Origin: Nostoc sp. DedSLP01
GTDB lineage: Bacteria; Cyanobacteriota; Cyanobacteriia; Cyanobacteriales; Nostocaceae
Assembly: GCA_034530875.2 (NCBI GenBank)
Contig: JAVRCJ020000024.1
Coordinates: 63,048 to 127,047 of the forward strand
Length of the DNA: 64,000 nucleotides
Direction of reading: 5' to 3'
Position numbers and translations under genes: made by a program. Shown piece after piece: positions 60,453 to 64,000 of this stretch; positions within the stretch are counted from its first letter, which is position 1, and the number at the start of each line of letters is the position of its first letter. The notes below the pieces were generated by a model. It searched no databases and was not told the origin of the DNA. It saw only the letters and a list, made by a program, of their open reading frames with translations.

Positions 60453-60651
60453 TTTTTCTCCTCCACGAACATCCTGCCAGTATCTACATTGTGCTTTGTG
60501 CGATCGCCAACTCGCACACCGTCTGAATATTCATCCAGGAGGTCTATTCAAATACTATCCCCGCTTCTGATCTGAGGCTACGGATTATGCAACTTCAAGG
60601 CGGATTAGCTTATGTTTGTAATATGTAAAATAGTATTTTTAACCTGATATT

Positions 60652-62721
60652 ATGGCATTGTCTGAAAAATCCTTCGCTTACCCATCCAGCCACAAAAGCG
60701 ATCTAGTTGATAACTACCACGGTACTTTAGTTGCAGATCCTTACCGTTGGTTGGAAGATCCCGATTCTCCAGAAACAAAGAGTTGGGTTGAGTCACAAAA
60801 TCAAATTACTTTTGGCTACTTGGGAGAAATTCGTGCTAGAGAAAAAATTAAACAACGCCTAACTAAACTTTGGGATTATGAAAAATATACTATCCCTTTT
60901 AAAGAAGGCGAACAATACTTTTATTTTAAAAATGATGGACTGCAAAATCAAAGTGTCCTCTACACCTTAAAATCTCTTGATGCTGAACCTAGAGTTTTAC
61001 TCGACCCCAATAAACTGTCAGAAGATGGTACTGTTGCGCTTTCAGGATTGTCCGTTAGCCATGATGGTAAACTTTTAGCTTATGGTATATCTACATCTGG
61101 TTCTGATTGGCAAGAATGGAAAGTCTGTGATGTTGAAACTGGGGAAGATTTAGAAGACCGTTTGCAGTGGATTAAATTTTCTGGTGCATCTTGGACACAC
61201 GATCGCCAAGGTTTTTTCTACAGTCGCTACGATGAACCAAATGAAAAAACTCGGTTAGAAGATGTTAATTATTATCAAAAACTTTACTATCATCAACTAG
61301 GTAAACCCCAATCAGAAGACGTATTAATTTACCAACGTCCCGACCAAAAAGAATGGGGTTTTAGTGGCGATGTTACTGAAGATGGACGCTATCTCATAAT
61401 TTCAGTTTGGTTGGGAACTGATTCTAAAAATTTAGTTTTTTACAAAGATTTAACTAATCCCGATGCTGAAGTTATAGAACTGATTAACGAGTTTGAGGCA
61501 GATTACAGCTTTATTGATAATAATGGGAGCGTCTTTTATTTCCGTACAGATTTAAATGCACCACGCGGAAGATTAATTGCCATTGATATCAACCAACCTA
61601 TACGAGAAAATTGGCAAGAAATTATTCCCCAGTCAGCGGAAACTTTAGAAAGTGTTGGTATTCTCAATAACCAATTAGTTGCTGATTATTTGAAAGATGC
61701 TCATACCCAAATTAAAATTTTTGACCTCAAAGGTGAATTTATACGCGAAGTAGAATTACCCGGACTTGGTTCGGCAGGTGGATTTGGTGGTAAGCGTTAT
61801 GATACTGAAACTTTTTATAATTTTACCAGCTTTACGACACCAGGAACTATTTATCGTTACGATATGGTAACCGGAAAAAGTGAGGTTTTCCGCGAACCAA
61901 AGGTAGATTTTAATCCTGATAATTACCAGACAACACAAGTCTTTTATCACAGTAAAGATGGTACGAGAGTACCGATGTTCATCACTCACAAAAAAGGCAT
62001 TAAATTAGACGGAAATAACCCCACTTATCTTTATGCTTATGGTGGTTTTAATGCCTCAATGACACCTGCTTTTTCTGTGAGTGTATTGGTGTGGATGGAA
62101 ATGGGTGGTGTCTATGCAATGGCGAATTTACGCGGTGGTGGCGAGTATGGCGAAGAATGGCATCAAGCAGGAATGAAGGAGAAAAAACAGAATGTCTTCG
62201 ATGATTTTATTGCCGCAGCTGAGTGGTTAATTGCTAACAAGTATACTAAGACTGAGAAGCTAGCGATCGCAGGTGGAAGTAACGGCGGTTTATTAGTGGG
62301 TGCTTGTATGACCCAGCGTCCCGATTTGTTTGGTGCAGCTTTACCAGCAGTCGGCGTTATGGATATGTTGCGGTTCCACAAATTTACCATCGGCTGGGCT
62401 TGGACTACTGAATATGGTTCCCCAGATAATCCAGAAGAATTTCCTGCACTGTATGCTTATTCACCATTGCACAATCTCAAGCCAGATACAGCTTACCCCG
62501 CAACCTTAATTACCACAGCCGACCACGACGACCGCGTTGTTCCTGCTCATAGTTTTAAATTTGCCGCAGCTTTACAAGCAAATCACCAAGGTGATGCGCC
62601 AGTATTAATTAGAATTGACACTAAAGCAGGACATGGAACTGGCAAACCTACAGCTAAAATTATCGAAGAAGTTGCCGATAAATGGGCTTTTTTGGTGCGT
62701 ACTTTAAATATTGAAGTTTAA
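60652..62721 (+). CDS. Prolyl oligopeptidase (S9A)
   Basis: DPYRWLED, YGGF, RGGGEYG, GGSNGG nucleophile, DDRV, AGHG. Confidence 0.96.
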   Translation: MALSEKSFAYPSSHKSDLVDNYHGTLVADPYRWLEDPDSPETKSWVESQNQITFGYLGEIRAREKIKQRLTKLWDYEKYTIPFKEGEQYFYFKNDGLQNQSVLYTLKSLDAEPRVLLDPNKLSEDGTVALSGLSVSHDGKLLAYGISTSGSDWQEWKVCDVETGEDLEDRLQWIKFSGASWTHDRQGFFYSRYDEPNEKTRLEDVNYYQKLYYHQLGKPQSEDVLIYQRPDQKEWGFSGDVTEDGRYLIISVWLGTDSKNLVFYKDLTNPDAEVIELINEFEADYSFIDNNGSVFYFRTDLNAPRGRLIAIDINQPIRENWQEIIPQSAETLESVGILNNQLVADYLKDAHTQIKIFDLKGEFIREVELPGLGSAGGFGGKRYDTETFYNFTSFTTPGTIYRYDMVTGKSEVFREPKVDFNPDNYQTTQVFYHSKDGTRVPMFITHKKGIKLDGNNPTYLYAYGGFNASMTPAFSVSVLVWMEMGGVYAMANLRGGGEYGEEWHQAGMKEKKQNVFDDFIAAAEWLIANKYTKTEKLAIAGGSNGGLLVGACMTQRPDLFGAALPAVGVMDMLRFHKFTIGWAWTTEYGSPDNPEEFPALYAYSPLHNLKPDTAYPATLITTADHDDRVVPAHSFKFAAALQANHQGDAPVLIRIDTKAGHGTGKPTAKIIEEVADKWAFLVRTLNIEV

Positions 62722-63125
62722 GATCGCATAATCCCAAATGCGCAAAGTTTTTTCTTAGTAACTTTGCGCCTGGGGGTGATATTTTAAGAGGTTGTTTTAA
62801 AAGTGGTTTGCTCTGACTTTTGACACTTCTCGATCCCCCCACTATCCCCTTTAAAAAGCAGGGTGGTTTCATACAAGGGTAGAAAAATGAGAATACAGAT
62901 ACCCGGATCTTTCTCAACAAAAGTAGAGTATTAATTCACGTTTTTTCCAACCCTGATTAGCTCGTCTTTAATTGTTAATAAAAACGCAGTTTTAGGGAGA
63001 ATAGTAAGCGCTAATTTGTCAAGTATGCCTAACACCCTAGTCGCTAAGATGGTTATTGAACCAGGATTTCAAGATTGTAAAGAAAGATGTGGGTAATGTA
63101 TAGCTTTTTAAGGGGGGTTAGGGGG

Positions 63126-63199
63126 CAATACGGTTCAGATAAGCGTTTTTCTTCCCCTGCCTGCCTAAACAGATAAATTTCCTTAACCCAAGCGTATTG
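63126..63199. mobile_element. 74-bp MITE with 18-bp TIRs and 10-bp target duplication
   Basis: GGTTAGGGGG|CAATACGGTTCAGATAAG ... CTTAACCCAAGCGTATTG|AGTTAGGGGG. Confidence 0.7.
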
Positions 63200-63403
63200 A
63201 GTTAGGGGGGATTGAGGTTTCAAGCTTCAGTGCGTCAGTCTTATCATAAATAAAATTGAATTTCTATATCAATTAACCATTCAGCTAAAAACAAGCGAGC
63301 TATATCATATATAAAGCAATATTTCTATCATTCTATAGATAGTAGAAATAAATATTTTTGGTAGTTAATATTCAGCCTGTTAATGCCTGAAAAACGTGTA
63401 TAC

Positions 63404-63430
63404 ACCCTGGATTTTATTCCAGGGTTTTTT
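63404..63430 (+). terminator. Orphan intrinsic terminator-like hairpin
   Basis: ACCCTGGA-TTTTAT-TCCAGGGT then T-run. Confidence 0.5.
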
Positions 63431-63483
63431 GACGCTGAAGTTAACGTAATTCTAAATTAGTTTGATGTAATAAGTCTTTATTT

Positions 63484-63736
63484 ATAACGCTTCCCACATG
63501 GATGAAGTACACATAAAGAATAGATCGTCGTAGGGGCTTTACAGCTGTAATACCAATTCACAATGGGCTTCTCTACGAGACGCTGCGCGTAGCTTGCTTC
63601 TTCTTAGGAGTATGTCGCTAACGCAATTAAAAAACTTAGATGCAGCAAAGCTTTCAGCGTTTCTATCTGTATTATATTTTTCGTGAAATGGTATAAAGCC
63701 CCTACCCATGTACCTCATTCAAATGAGAATTGCTAT
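63484..63736. mobile_element. Nested MITE/REP/SDR composite
   Basis: Outer 28-bp IRs (20/28); inner element 63551-63693 with TAA duplication splitting a 30-bp palindrome. Confidence 0.7.
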
Positions 63737-64000
63737 GGTATAAATGAAGATTTAGCTTGAAGCTAAATTGGCTTTATATTCTATTTTAGTTTAGTACTTT
63801 GTTGATTATATATTATTGTAATTAAATACATAAATGTATTTACAAAGCCATGTAATATCAAATCTAAAAATATTTAGACACAGCCTCTAGGATGATGATT
63901 TGTCAATAGAGTACAACTAAATTAACGTGAGTTCGATGAAACTAAAAAATCGCAGGAGGCAGAGCAAGTAAATCTTTTGGGTAAATGTCAATGCCAGGTT

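Noticed and set aside
60453..60651. Cobalamin riboswitch upstream of cbiD
   Set aside because: B12-box and GGGAA/GCCACTG core motifs not found on the minus strand
63396..63405. GTGTATACAC as a third MarR operator
   Set aside because: Two bases shorter than the 12-bp box, changing half-site spacing, and 55 kb from the module

Overview
Chromosomal segment of a heterocyst-forming cyanobacterium (Nostocales). Evidence: frequent HIP1 GCGATCGC, STRR heptamer arrays, patN, a hetZ paralogue, xisH/xisI and tRNA-Leu(UAA) with a group I intron. The left end holds the 5' part of a biosynthetic cluster that the ORF track misses because it runs off the window: an enediyne-type (PksE-like) iterative polyketide synthase (KS-AT-ACP-ACP-KR start, minus strand, ATG at 3878). 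It is preceded by a DUF302 gene and an AsnB-type amidotransferase instead of the usual enediyne E3/E4/E5 genes, and faces a divergent MarR + DevBCA-type exporter with a repeated palindromic operator. Next come a two-kinase signalling pair, a helicase-less Shango-like TerB-C/DUF2791 module with a DUF815 ATPase, and mostly core genes (ppsA, recJ, trpA, ndhL, larC, dam, rbfA, guaA, cbiD, prolyl oligopeptidase). Small accessory modules are interspersed: an orphan xisH-xisI, a nonsense-inactivated papain-fold toxin with a putative immunity gene, a PARIS-like ABC-ATPase/TOPRIM pair and two DUF29 genes. Intergenic DNA is rich in MITE/SDR/REP-like elements, including a multi-layer nested insertion near 63.5 kb. 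No CRISPR array, rRNA, integrase or intact transposase was seen. All family assignments come from motif recognition by eye, not database searches.
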